The position numbers were made by a program, and so were the translations under genes. Source: Actinomycetes bacterium (GTDB lineage: Bacteria; Actinomycetota; UBA4738). Taken from it: a stretch of 47,837 nucleotides of DNA. The stretch spans positions 1 through 47,837 of the forward strand of contig JAJYHN010000064.1 in NCBI GenBank assembly GCA_021784765.1, written 5' to 3'. Positions 33,459 to 44,790 of the stretch are shown piece after piece. A model generated the notes under the pieces. The model worked only from the letters and a program-made list of their open reading frames with translations, was not told where the DNA came from and did not search any database. Within the stretch, counting starts at the first letter, position 1, and every line of letters starts with the position of its first letter.

Positions 33459-34778
33459 TCAGCCTCCGGCCAGCTCGGCGAGCGTCCGCAGACCGTCGTG
33501 GACGTCCACGAACCGCGTCGTGAGCGGCGCGAGGCCGACGCGGATGCCGGTCGGCTGCCGGAAGTCGGGGACGACGCCGTGCGCCGCGAGCTCGCCGGAG
33601 AGCCTGCGCGCCTCAGGGTGGCGCAGCAGGACGTGGGATCCCCGCCGCGCCGGATCCCGCGGCGACGCGAGCGCGAATCCGAGGGGTGCGAGCCAGGCGT
33701 CGTGCAGCGCGACGGCGTACTCGGTGAGCGCGACCCCCTTCGTGCGGAGCCGTTCGATGCCGGCCTCGAGGACCATCGCGACGCCCTCTTCGACGGCCGC
33801 CATCGACACGACCGGCGGGGTGCCGACCAGGAACGATCGAATCCCATCGACCGGCCGGTAGCCCTGCTCCATCTCGAACATGTCGTCCCTTCCCCACCAG
33901 CCCCAGACCGGCTGGCGGAGCTCCCTCTGGAGCTCGCCGCGGACGTAGAGGAACGCCGGCGCCCCGGGGCCGCCGTTCAGATACTTGTACGTGCACCCGA
34001 CCGCGAGATCCGCGCCGTCGCGGCCGAGGTCGACCGGGATCGACCCGGCCGCGTGCGACAGGTCCCAGAGCGCGAGGGCGCCGGCGCGGTGCGCGGCGGC
34101 GGTGATAGCGCCCATGTCGGCGACGGCCGCCGTCCGGTAGGCCACGTGCGACAGCGTGACCAGCGCGACGGCGTCGTCGAGGACCGCCTCGACATCGGCG
34201 GGGCGCGGCCCCTCGATGGGGTCCGCCTCGATCCACCGCACGGTCATCCCCCGGGCGGCGGCGATCCCCTCCACGACGTAGCGGTCGGTGGGGAAGTTGT
34301 CGCGGTCGGTGACGATCGCCGCCCGGCCCGGGCGGGCATCGAGCGCCGCGACGCACAGCTTGTAGAGGTTCACGGTCGTGGAGTCCGAGACCACCACCTC
34401 GCCCGGTCGGGCACCGAGCAGCCCGGTCCCGATCAGGTCTCCGAGCCGGGTCGGCAGGTCGGCCCACCGTTCCCCCCACGAGCGGATCAGGCGCTCGCCC
34501 CACTCCTCCTCGACCACGCCCCGGAGCCGCGCCACGGTTGCACGCGGCAGCCGTCCGAGCGAGTTCCCATCCAGGTAGACGAGGGTCGGATCCGCCACCA
34601 CGAACCGGTCGCGGAACGCGGCGAGTTCGTCAGCCGCATCCAGCGCCTCGGCACGTGCGCGCTCGTCCGGACGGGCACTCCGGATCGAAGCCTCGCCGCC
34701 CCCGTCCGGGGCTCCGCCGCTCACTGGCTCAGCGCCCTCCCCATCCACCGCCGGCGGGCCCGGCCGGCCCGCTCCCAC
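33459..34778 (-). CDS. kynU: kynureninase
   Basis: Motifs AAFRDRFVV...VYLDGNSLG, DNFPTDRY, and CTYKYLNGGPGAPAFLYV (PLP lysine context). The start is uncertain: the first 30-40 codons are Gly/Pro/Ala-rich, and the true start may be an internal GTG. Confidence 0.85.
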   Translation of the reverse strand: MGAGRPGPPAVDGEGAEPVSGGAPDGGGEASIRSARPDERARAEALDAADELAAFRDRFVVADPTLVYLDGNSLGRLPRATVARLRGVVEEEWGERLIRSWGERWADLPTRLGDLIGTGLLGARPGEVVVSDSTTVNLYKLCVAALDARPGRAAIVTDRDNFPTDRYVVEGIAAARGMTVRWIEADPIEGPRPADVEAVLDDAVALVTLSHVAYRTAAVADMGAITAAAHRAGALALWDLSHAAGSIPVDLGRDGADLAVGCTYKYLNGGPGAPAFLYVRGELQRELRQPVWGWWGRDDMFEMEQGYRPVDGIRSFLVGTPPVVSMAAVEEGVAMVLEAGIERLRTKGVALTEYAVALHDAWLAPLGFALASPRDPARRGSHVLLRHPEARRLSGELAAHGVVPDFRQPTGIRVGLAPLTTRFVDVHDGLRTLAELAGG

Positions 34779-34921
34779 ATGCCCGAGGCCCGGGGAACTC
34801 GAACGCGGTCGTCACGGGAAGCGCCGCCTTCGGACCTCGGTCTGGCCCTGCTGCCCGGCCCAGCCCCCCTGCATCCCTGCCGCCATGCTCCCGACCCCCT
34901 CCGCCGCCGCCACGGGCCCCG

Positions 34922-35983
34922 TCACCTCGTCCGGCGACCTCCGCGGAAGACGGCCGCCGGCCGAGAGAGGGCGTTCAGATCCTCGAGCGGGCTGCCCTCC
35001 AGCACCACGACGTCCCCCGGCTCGCCCGGCGCCAGCGGGCGAAACGTCATGGCCTGCAGGATCCGTTCGTGCGGGAGCCCGGCGCGCAGCAAGTGCCAGG
35101 CCTCGCCGACGTGGATTCCCGTCGGGAGGGGCCCGTTGCCGAGATCGGTCCCGTAGACGACCGGCCCCCCGGCCGCCGCGAAACGCGCCAGGTTGTCCAG
35201 GGCGGTCCGCAGCTCCGCCGTGTCGCGGCCACGGGAATGGATGTCGAGGGTCGAGACCATCCGCATCCGCCGCGCCATCGCGCCGACCAGGTCGTCGGGC
35301 AGTCGCTCGCTCCAGGGCGCGTGGGCGAACTCGTCGACCCCGGCCCCGAACGCCCGGGCGGCCTCCCCCCGTCCCTGGACGTGCGCCGTCACGATGGCCC
35401 CGGCCGCATGGGTGGCGTCGCAGATCGCGACCAGCTCCTCGTCGGACAGGACCGGCCCCGCCTCGCCGTTCATGGCCATCTTCACCACGCCGAGGGAGCT
35501 CCTGGCGAGGACCCACCGCGCCGCCGCGGCCGCCTCCTCGGGGCCTCGCACGACCAGGCCGGTCCCCGGGGGCGCCCAGGCGGCGGCTGTCGGATATCCG
35601 CCGTGACACGTGAGGATCGGGCCGGTCGCGCGCACGAGCGCCCCCGCGAACGACGGCCCCTCGGAGGCAGCCGCCAGAGGGAAGATCGCATCGGCCGGCC
35701 ACCCGAGGTCGCGGACCGACGTCACGCCCCCGGCCAGGACGGCCGCCGCGTCCGACAGGCCGATGTGGACGTGGCGGTCCGCGACCCCCGGCATCACGAA
35801 CCCGTCGACGCGAAGCACCTCGTCGGGCTCGAGCGCGGCCCTCCCGGTGCGCGGATCCGGGTCCGCGGCCGCCCGCGCGACCACGTACTCGCGGGCCGTC
35901 CCGGCGAACGCCACACGGCCGCCGTGAAGCACCACCACGACGTCCTCGACGAGCCGCCCCGGTCCCAGCCAGCCGAGCGGCAC
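34922..35983 (-). CDS. metal-dependent amidohydrolase-superfamily protein
   Basis: 353-aa ORF (GTG start, 17 nt after the uvrB stop). It has the HxH metal motif GVADRHVHIG, later HAAGAIVTAHV, and a C-terminal PGEPGDVVVLEG segment typical of the amidohydrolase composite domain. Confidence 0.75.
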   Translation of the reverse strand: MPLGWLGPGRLVEDVVVVLHGGRVAFAGTAREYVVARAAADPDPRTGRAALEPDEVLRVDGFVMPGVADRHVHIGLSDAAAVLAGGVTSVRDLGWPADAIFPLAAASEGPSFAGALVRATGPILTCHGGYPTAAAWAPPGTGLVVRGPEEAAAAARWVLARSSLGVVKMAMNGEAGPVLSDEELVAICDATHAAGAIVTAHVQGRGEAARAFGAGVDEFAHAPWSERLPDDLVGAMARRMRMVSTLDIHSRGRDTAELRTALDNLARFAAAGGPVVYGTDLGNGPLPTGIHVGEAWHLLRAGLPHERILQAMTFRPLAPGEPGDVVVLEGSPLEDLNALSRPAAVFRGGRRTR

Positions 35984-36000
35984 CCGGATGCCGATCCCGC

Positions 36001-38034
<2,034 letters not shown>

Positions 38035-38132
38035 CCCGCGATCAGTCTCTCATCCGCCGCCGACAGGACGGAACAGCCCGCCGGGGGCCGTCCGGCCCGC
38101 CGGGTTGCCGGAACGGGGAACCCTTCCGTAGC

Positions 38133-39095
38133 GTGGCAGGCGAGATGTCGCAGGCCGCCGCCGTCAAGCCATCCCCCACCCCGCTGATCAGGATCACCGA
38201 CGGGGTGTTCTCCCCCGACTGGGTGCGCTCGGGCGGGGTCCGGATCCTCGTGATCCTGGCTGTGGCCGTCGCGGTCTCGTGGCTGGCGGGCCTCGCGGTC
38301 CGGCGAGTCCGGCGCCGGATGGAGGGCTCCCCGGCCCACACGGTCGAGATGGACCTGCGGCGCGCGGCCACCATCGCCCACGCCATGACCAACACGACCA
38401 GGATCGTGGTCTGGACGGTGGCCGTGCTGATGATCCTGTCCGAGTTCGGCGTGAACCTCGGGCCGCTGCTCGCGAGCGCCGGCGTCCTCGGGGTCGCCCT
38501 GTCGTTCGGGGCGCAGAGCATCGTGCGCGACTTCCTGTCGGGGTTCTTCACGCTGTTCGAGGACCAGTACCGGGTCGGCGACACCGTCGACATCACGGCG
38601 CCGGGGGGCGCCATCAGCGGCAAGGTCGAGGTGATGACCCTGCGGTACACGGCCGTCCGGGCGGCCGACGGCACCCTGTCCTCGATCGGGAACGGCACGA
38701 TCCAGTACGTGGCGAACCGCTCGCGCGGGCGCGGCCGCATCAGCGTCGACGTGAAGGTGCCCGGGACGAACGTCGAGGAGGTCGAGCGCAGGCTCGACGC
38801 CGTCGTCCAGGCGCTCGGGCGCGACCGGAGCCTGGAGCGGCTGCTCCCCTCCGGCGTGAGCGTGGTCGGGGTCGAGCCGACCACCACCGGCGACGTCCTG
38901 GTGACCGTGGGCGCCGAGGTCTGGCCGTCCCGCCGGGACCAGGCCGAGGCAGCCGTCCGCCGGCGGCTCGCCCGTGCGCTGGCCGCCGGGTCGCATGCGC
39001 CCGGGGCCGAGGTCGTGGCGGAGGTCGACCCCGATCCCGGCCGCACCCTGGAGCTCCGCTCGGGCGGCGGCGAGCCCGCGCCGGACGGTTCCTGA
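38133..39095 (+). CDS. mechanosensitive ion channel (MscS family)
   Basis: 320-aa ORF. GTG at 38133, with an alternative ATG at 38145. TM3/beta-domain signature LASAGVLGVALSFGAQSIVRDFLSGFFTLFEDQYRVGDTV. Confidence 0.88.
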   Translation: MAGEMSQAAAVKPSPTPLIRITDGVFSPDWVRSGGVRILVILAVAVAVSWLAGLAVRRVRRRMEGSPAHTVEMDLRRAATIAHAMTNTTRIVVWTVAVLMILSEFGVNLGPLLASAGVLGVALSFGAQSIVRDFLSGFFTLFEDQYRVGDTVDITAPGGAISGKVEVMTLRYTAVRAADGTLSSIGNGTIQYVANRSRGRGRISVDVKVPGTNVEEVERRLDAVVQALGRDRSLERLLPSGVSVVGVEPTTTGDVLVTVGAEVWPSRRDQAEAAVRRRLARALAAGSHAPGAEVVAEVDPDPGRTLELRSGGGEPAPDGS

Positions 39096-39122
39096 CCGAC
39101 GCCCGGCGCCCGCCGGCCCCGC

Positions 39123-39908
39123 CTACATCCGCCCGGCCTCGATGATGCTCTGCAGGAAACGCCGGGTCCGCTCCTCGCGGGGCTCGGTGAAGATCCGCTG
39201 CGGCGGCCCCTGCTCGAGGATCACCCCCTGATCCAGGAAGCAGACGCGGCTCGCGATATCGCGGGCGAATCCCATCTCGTGGGTCGCGATCAGCATGGTC
39301 ATGCCGGCCTGCGCGAGCTCGCGGATCACGTTCAGCACCTCCGCGACGAGCTCCGGGTCGAGGGCCGAGGTCACCTCGTCCAGCAGCATGATCCGCGGCT
39401 GCATCGCAAGGGCCCGCACGATCGCCACCCGCTGCTGCTGGCCTCCCGACAGCCGGTCGGGGTAGTCGTCCCGCTTGTCGGCCAGTCCGAAGCGGCCGAG
39501 CAGCTCGTCCGCCCGCACGTCCGCCTCGCGGCGCGACATGCGAAGGACCCTGATCGGCGCGAGGGTCACGTTTCGCAGCACGCTCATGTGCGGGAACAGG
39601 TTGAACGACTGGAACACGATCCCGATCTGTCGCCGCACGGCGTTGACGTCGACGGCCGGCGACGTGATGTCCTCTCCCCACAGCAGGATCCGACCGCCGT
39701 CGACGGGCTCCAGCAGGTTGACGCAGCGAAGCATCGTCGACTTCCCCGACCCGGACGCGCCGATCAGGCAGATGACCTCGTGCGTGGCGACCGACAGGTC
39801 GATGCCCCGCAGGACCTCGTCGCCCCCGAAGGCCTTCCGGACGCCCTCGAGCCGGATCGCCTCCGAGGGCTCGGCCGCCGCAGCCCCCACGCGCTCGGCG
39901 CCGATCAT
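39123..39908 (-). CDS. polar amino acid ABC transporter ATP-binding protein (GlnQ-like)
   Basis: Track ORF trimmed to the ATG at 39906-39908, which overlaps the permease stop (ATGA). [42 protein letters not shown]. Confidence 0.92.
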   Translation of the reverse strand: MIGAERVGAAAAEPSEAIRLEGVRKAFGGDEVLRGIDLSVATHEVICLIGASGSGKSTMLRCVNLLEPVDGGRILLWGEDITSPAVDVNAVRRQIGIVFQSFNLFPHMSVLRNVTLAPIRVLRMSRREADVRADELLGRFGLADKRDDYPDRLSGGQQQRVAIVRALAMQPRIMLLDEVTSALDPELVAEVLNVIRELAQAGMTMLIATHEMGFARDIASRVCFLDQGVILEQGPPQRIFTEPREERTRRFLQSIIEAGRM

Positions 39909-40828
39909 CGACCGCCCCCGGCCTGACGGCGCCGGCGGTCGCGCGCGATCAGATGGTCGGTGAACCGCGCGAGCGGCACCGTCAGCACGAGAAACATGAG
40001 GGCGGCCAGCACGAAGCTCGAGTAGTTGAACGCGTACGAGCTGTAGATCTGCGCGGCCCGGTTCGCCTCGATGACGGTGCCGAGGATGGCCACGAGCGCG
40101 GTGTCCTTCTGCAGGCTGATGAAGTCGTTGAGCAGCGGCGGGATCACCCGCCGCACCGCCTGCGGCAGCACCACGAACCGCAGCGCCTGCCATTGCGACA
40201 GCCCGAGCGAGCGGGCTGCCGCGGTCTGGCTCTCGTGGACGGACTCGATCCCCGCCCGATAGACCTCCGAAACGTACGCCGAGTACGAGAGCACCAGGGC
40301 GGCCAGGCCGTAGACCTCGGCCGACTGCGTGGACACGACCCGGAGGCCGAGCGCCGGGATGCCGAACCCGATCGTGTAGATGACCAGGATGAGGGGGACG
40401 CCGCGGAAGAAGTCCGTGTAGGCGATCGCCACCAGCCGCAACGGGAAGAACACCGGTCCCCGGAGCTGCCGGACCACCGCGATCAGCAGCGCGAGGGCCA
40501 GGATCAACACCTCGCCGATCAGGAACATCTCGATGTTGCGAAGGAACGCCTCGCCGACCGAGAAGACCCCGTGGCTCGGGTCGCCGACGAGGGCGACCTT
40601 CATGTCGTGCAGGTTGAAGAACTCCTGGCGCACCTGCGCGCTCCCGGGGGCGAACAGGAACGCCGCCGCGATGAGCCCGAAGAACACGATCGTGCTGACC
40701 GTCGACACGACGACGGCCCGCCCCCCGCCCAGCACGTGCGACCGCCGATCACCGCCCCCGAGGCTTCCGGGGGCGGGCCCGCCGGACACCATGAACGGGG
40801 TCTGGTCGAGCCCTCCCTCCGAACTCAC
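39905..40828 (-). CDS. polar amino acid ABC transporter permease (His/Glu/Gln/Arg/opine family)
   Basis: 307-aa polytopic ORF with the conserved loop GIESVHESQTAAARSLGLSQWQALRFVVLPQA. Confidence 0.9.
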   Translation of the reverse strand: MSSEGGLDQTPFMVSGGPAPGSLGGGDRRSHVLGGGRAVVVSTVSTIVFFGLIAAAFLFAPGSAQVRQEFFNLHDMKVALVGDPSHGVFSVGEAFLRNIEMFLIGEVLILALALLIAVVRQLRGPVFFPLRLVAIAYTDFFRGVPLILVIYTIGFGIPALGLRVVSTQSAEVYGLAALVLSYSAYVSEVYRAGIESVHESQTAAARSLGLSQWQALRFVVLPQAVRRVIPPLLNDFISLQKDTALVAILGTVIEANRAAQIYSSYAFNYSSFVLAALMFLVLTVPLARFTDHLIARDRRRRQAGGGR

Positions 40829-40846
40829 CGACCCGGCGCGCCGACG

Positions 40847-41701
40847 CTATGGCTGGATCGTCGGGATCTCGTTGTAGATCCCGAGCCACTGCTGCTGCAG
40901 CCGCGCGAGCGTGCCATTCGCCTTCAGCTTTGCGATCGCCTGGTCGACGCAGCCCACGAGCGGGTTTCCCTTCTCGAACAGCAGCCCATAGTGCTCGCCG
41001 GTGCTGGGGAACTGCCCGAGCACCGTCGACCCCGGGATCTCGGACGAGCTGATGTACTGCGCCGTGGGCGTGTCGGTCACGAACGCGTCGATCCTGTGAG
41101 CGTCGAGCGCCGCCTTGACGTCGTTCAGGGTGTCGAAGACGGCCGGCGTCTTCGTCGGCTTGAGGTACTGCTGGATGTAGGCGAGGCTGGTGGTCCCGAT
41201 CTGGTCGCCGTACAGGTACTTCGGGAGATCCGCCGGCGAGTGATGCGCGACGATCGCGTTGCTCTTCAGCGCCACCAGCGCCTGGGTCGTGTCGTAGTAG
41301 CTGTCGCTGAAGGTGACGGCCTGCTCACGCTGGGACGTCGCCGAGATCTCGTTGATGTCGAAGTCGAACTTCTTCGGCCCGGGCGCGTAGGAGCTGTCGA
41401 ACGGCTCCACGACCCACTTCACCTGGCTCGTGGTGAACCCGAGCTCCTGCGCGATCGCGTAGGCGACGGCGCTCTCGTAGCCCTTGCCGTTCGACGGGTT
41501 GTTGTTCACGAACCACGGCGAGTAGGCGGGGCTGTCCGTGGCGACCGTCAGCTGGCCCGGCTGGTACAGATGCAGGGTCGAGGGGGTGCAGGCGGCCGTC
41601 GCGGTCCCGCTCGGGCTGGGGCTCGCCCCGGGGGTGGTCGTCGTTCCGCAGGCCGCCAGTCCGAGCACGGTGACGGCAAGGGCGATCAGCATCCTGCGCA
41701 T
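40847..41701 (-). CDS. amino acid ABC transporter substrate-binding lipoprotein (family 3 SBP)
   Basis: Track ORF trimmed to the ATG at 41699-41701 (MRRMLIALAVTVLGLAACG, a clean lipobox LAAC). It continues ...QPGQLTVATDSPAYSPWF...DFDINEISAT... Confidence 0.88.
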   Translation of the reverse strand: MRRMLIALAVTVLGLAACGTTTTPGASPSPSGTATAACTPSTLHLYQPGQLTVATDSPAYSPWFVNNNPSNGKGYESAVAYAIAQELGFTTSQVKWVVEPFDSSYAPGPKKFDFDINEISATSQREQAVTFSDSYYDTTQALVALKSNAIVAHHSPADLPKYLYGDQIGTTSLAYIQQYLKPTKTPAVFDTLNDVKAALDAHRIDAFVTDTPTAQYISSSEIPGSTVLGQFPSTGEHYGLLFEKGNPLVGCVDQAIAKLKANGTLARLQQQWLGIYNEIPTIQP

Positions 41702-41810
41702 GGGGCACTCCCCCTCGGTTCGATCGACGCCCGCTGGGCCCGATGCTCGCACACCTCGGCCACCGCCGGAATCTAGCACAGCGGGCACGCCGGGCGAGAC
41801 GACGAAACGG

Positions 41811-42683
41811 TCAGTCCTCCGACCTGGCGGCCGCCGTCCCGGCCCGGCCGTGGCGGCGACCCCGGGCCGCGCCCCGGGCGCGCCGGCCCCCCACCGCGCG
41901 GGGTTCCCAGGTGAAGAACCGGCTGGCCACCACCATCCCAGCGACGCCCCAGACGGCCATGACCAGCAGGTCCTTCCCCTGGAACCCCGCCCCGGCGACA
42001 CCCGGGGTGAACGCGTAGCCGAAGGCGTTCACGAAGTGCTCGAGCGGGAAGACCTTCCCGAAGTCCTGCAGCCACGTCGGCCCCGAGCCCACGGGGAAGA
42101 ACACGCCGGACACGAACGTCAGGGGCAGGATCGTGAAGTTCGCGACGGCGGGGGCGGCCTCGGAGTTCGGCACGAGGCCAGTCACCGCGAGGCCCAGCGC
42201 CGCGAACGTCCCCGCCCCCACGAGCAGGGTCACGATCGCCGCGGGGAGCGTGTGCGGGTACAGCCGGACCCCGTAGGCGGCGACCCCGATCACGAACATG
42301 ATCGCCACCGACATCAGTCCCACCCAGACCGTGGCGCCGACCCGCCCCGCCATGTAGACCCACGCCGGCAGCGGCGTCCCGCGGACGCGCTTCAGGATCC
42401 CCTCGTCGCGGGCCATCGAGGTGGTCATCACGAGGTTCGTGTAACAGGAGGTCACCAGCGCGAACACGGCGATCGCGGGCGTGAAGAACTGCGAGAAGGC
42501 CACCGTCTGCCCGGCGAACGTCACGTGGTGGTTGCCCTGCAGCGCGTCGAACAGCACCAGGAAGATCAGCGGGAAGAAGAACGTGAAGAACGCCGCGACG
42601 GGATTGCGGCGGAACGTCCGCACCTGGTAGCGAACCTGCCGCACCAGCAGGACCGTGAGGGGCGTGCGCCGCGCCTCAGTCAT
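41811..42683 (-). CDS. ABC-2 type exporter permease (DrrB-like)
   Basis: 290-aa ORF. N-terminus LLVRQVRYQVRTFRRNPVAAFFTFFFPLIFLVLF, six hydrophobic segments, and an 8-nt overlap with the upstream ATPase gene. Confidence 0.85.
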   Translation of the reverse strand: MTEARRTPLTVLLVRQVRYQVRTFRRNPVAAFFTFFFPLIFLVLFDALQGNHHVTFAGQTVAFSQFFTPAIAVFALVTSCYTNLVMTTSMARDEGILKRVRGTPLPAWVYMAGRVGATVWVGLMSVAIMFVIGVAAYGVRLYPHTLPAAIVTLLVGAGTFAALGLAVTGLVPNSEAAPAVANFTILPLTFVSGVFFPVGSGPTWLQDFGKVFPLEHFVNAFGYAFTPGVAGAGFQGKDLLVMAVWGVAGMVVASRFFTWEPRAVGGRRARGAARGRRHGRAGTAAARSED

Positions 42684-43614
42684 CCCCGCCCTCCTCGGAA
42701 CGGTGGCCCGTCAGCCGCAGGTAGACGTCCTCGAGCGTCGGGCGCTCGACCGTGAGGGCCTCGAGGGCATGCCCCCTCCCGACGGCCCAGCCCGTCAGCG
42801 CGTGGAGAAGCGCGGTCGGGTCCTCGGTCCGGACCGTGAGCAGGCCACCGTCCGGCACGATCCCGCCGCGGACCGCCGCCGGCAGGTCGGCCTCCAGGGC
42901 GGCCTCCGGGAGCCGGAACCGCACGATCGCGGCCGCCGTGTCGCGGCCGCCGAGCGTCTCGGGGGTTCCCTCGGCGACGATCTCACCGCCGGCGATGACC
43001 GCCACCCGGTCGGCCAGGTGCTGCGCCTCGTCCATGTAGTGCGTGGTCAGCAGGATCGTCTTGCCGAGCGACCGGAGGTTCGAGACGAGCTCCCACGATC
43101 GCCGGCGGGCCGATGGGTCGAAGCCGGTGGTCGGCTCGTCCAGGAAGACCAGATCCGGGTCGCCGACGATGCCGAGTGCGAGGTCCAGGCGCCGCCGCTG
43201 CCCGCCCGACAGGGTCTTGGTCCGCGCCTCCCGCTTCTCGCCGAGCCCGACCAGCTCGATCACCTCGTCGGTCCGCCGGGGATGCGGATAGAAGGCGCGG
43301 TAGAGATCGAGCACCTCCCGCACGGTGAGCTCGCTGTCGATCCCGCAGCTCTGCAGCACGATCCCGATCCGCTCCCGGTAGGCACTCCCGCCGCGGACCG
43401 GGTCGAACCCGAGCACCGACACCTCCCCCGCCGTCCGCGGCCGGTGCCCCTCCAGGATCTCGACCGTGGTGGTCTTTCCGGCCCCGTTCGGGCCGAGCAG
43501 GGCGAAGACCTCGCCCTCGGCCACCGAGAGGTCGATGCCCCGAACGGCCTCCACCTCGCCGTAGGACTTGCGGAGGCCCCGAACCTCGATCGCCGTACGT
43601 GCCCCGGTCCCCAT
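42676..43614 (-). CDS. ABC exporter ATP-binding protein (DrrA-like)
   Basis: Track ORF trimmed to the ATG at 43612-43614 (MGTGARTAIEVRGLRKSYG...). GPNGAGKTTT, LSGGQRRRLDLALGIV, VFLDEPTTGFDP. Confidence 0.9.
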   Translation of the reverse strand: MGTGARTAIEVRGLRKSYGEVEAVRGIDLSVAEGEVFALLGPNGAGKTTTVEILEGHRPRTAGEVSVLGFDPVRGGSAYRERIGIVLQSCGIDSELTVREVLDLYRAFYPHPRRTDEVIELVGLGEKREARTKTLSGGQRRRLDLALGIVGDPDLVFLDEPTTGFDPSARRRSWELVSNLRSLGKTILLTTHYMDEAQHLADRVAVIAGGEIVAEGTPETLGGRDTAAAIVRFRLPEAALEADLPAAVRGGIVPDGGLLTVRTEDPTALLHALTGWAVGRGHALEALTVERPTLEDVYLRLTGHRSEEGGDD

Positions 43615-43673
43615 CGACGGCCAGTCTCCCAGGGCCCCTCGGGCCACGACAAGATCGCCGGTCCCGGCCAGCG

Positions 43674-44081
43674 CTACGGCCCCTCGTCCAGCGGGCGCCG
43701 CGACAGGAAGCTCGACTCCGGACCGTGCCAGTGCGCGACCCGTTCCTCCCCCATGTGCCAGCAGAGGAAGGCCGGCCGGCCGTCGCGGCGCGAGGGGAAG
43801 TCGACCAGGCCCATGTCGGCGTCGCGCAGCAGCACGCCGTGCCCGGCCACCGCCTCGACGCCTCGACGGATCGCGCCGAGCGCCTCGTGGACACGGATCG
43901 CGGCCGCCCCCCCGCCGTTCGACGCAGCGGCCCGCCGAACCGGCCCGCTCTCTGCGAGCACCACCCGCCGAGCATCCCGGATCTCGCCGAGCAGCCATCG
44001 GAGCTCGGGCAGCATGGCGTCGGCCTGCTCGACGGTGAACTCGCGCTCGGGCGGCGCCCCGCTCGGTCGCTCTCCCGCCAC
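43674..44081 (-). CDS. DUF2203-family protein (function unknown)
   Basis: 135-aa ORF (GTG start). ...FTVEQADAMLPELRWLL...GVLLRDADMGLVDFPSRRDGRPAFLCWHMGEERVAHWH resembles the DUF2203 signature as I remember it. Confidence 0.6.
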   Translation of the reverse strand: MAGERPSGAPPEREFTVEQADAMLPELRWLLGEIRDARRVVLAESGPVRRAAASNGGGAAAIRVHEALGAIRRGVEAVAGHGVLLRDADMGLVDFPSRRDGRPAFLCWHMGEERVAHWHGPESSFLSRRPLDEGP

Positions 44082-44085
44082 GGCC

Positions 44086-44790
44086 TCAGTCTCCGAGGCC
44101 GATGGCCGCCGGCAGGTCGGCGAGGGTCGACAGGCGCGTGCCCGAGAAGTCGGGGAAGCGCCCGCGCCGGTCGATCAGCACCCCGCGCATCCCGAGCGCC
44201 TCGGCCGGCTCGGTGTCGAACATCGGGTTGTCCCCGACGTAGACGGCCTCCGCGGCCGCCACGCCCGCCCGATCGAGGGCGAGCTGGAAGATCCGCGGGT
44301 CGGGCTTCTCGAGCCCCTCGATCCCCGAGATGACCCGCACGGCGAAGAACGGCGTCAGCGCCAGCTGCTCCAGCAGCCGTTCCAGCCACTCCTCGAAGTT
44401 CGAGATCAGCCCGAGCGCCAGCCCGGCGTCACGCAGGCGCGTCAGCACCGGCACCACGTCGTCGAACGCCCGGTAGTTCGCGAGGTCGGTGAACTCCGCG
44501 TACAGCCGCTCGGGCAGCCCGGTGCCGTCGTCGACCCCGACGCGGGCAAGGAACGCCCGGTAGACCGACAGCCAGAACGCCCTCGAACGTTCGGCAGACG
44601 TGGTCCAGCGGTCGCCGGCCTCCGCCGCCCGCGCGAAGCCGTCGAAGACCACACGCAGCCCGTCCCGGATGAGGGCCGGCTCGACCGGATGCCCCTCGTC
44701 CGCCAGGACGCGCGCGAACAGGTCCGGGAACGACGGATGCGGGTGGACCAGCGTCTCGCCGGCGTCGAAGAAGACTGCCCGGGTGCTCAC
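44086..44790 (-). CDS. HAD-superfamily hydrolase (subfamily IA-like)
   Basis: Track ORF trimmed to the GTG at 44788-44790, which overlaps the coaE stop (GTGA). Motif I AVFFDAGETL, motif II LISNF, motif III/IV YVGDNPMFD. Confidence 0.85.
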   Translation of the reverse strand: MSTRAVFFDAGETLVHPHPSFPDLFARVLADEGHPVEPALIRDGLRVVFDGFARAAEAGDRWTTSAERSRAFWLSVYRAFLARVGVDDGTGLPERLYAEFTDLANYRAFDDVVPVLTRLRDAGLALGLISNFEEWLERLLEQLALTPFFAVRVISGIEGLEKPDPRIFQLALDRAGVAAAEAVYVGDNPMFDTEPAEALGMRGVLIDRRGRFPDFSGTRLSTLADLPAAIGLGD

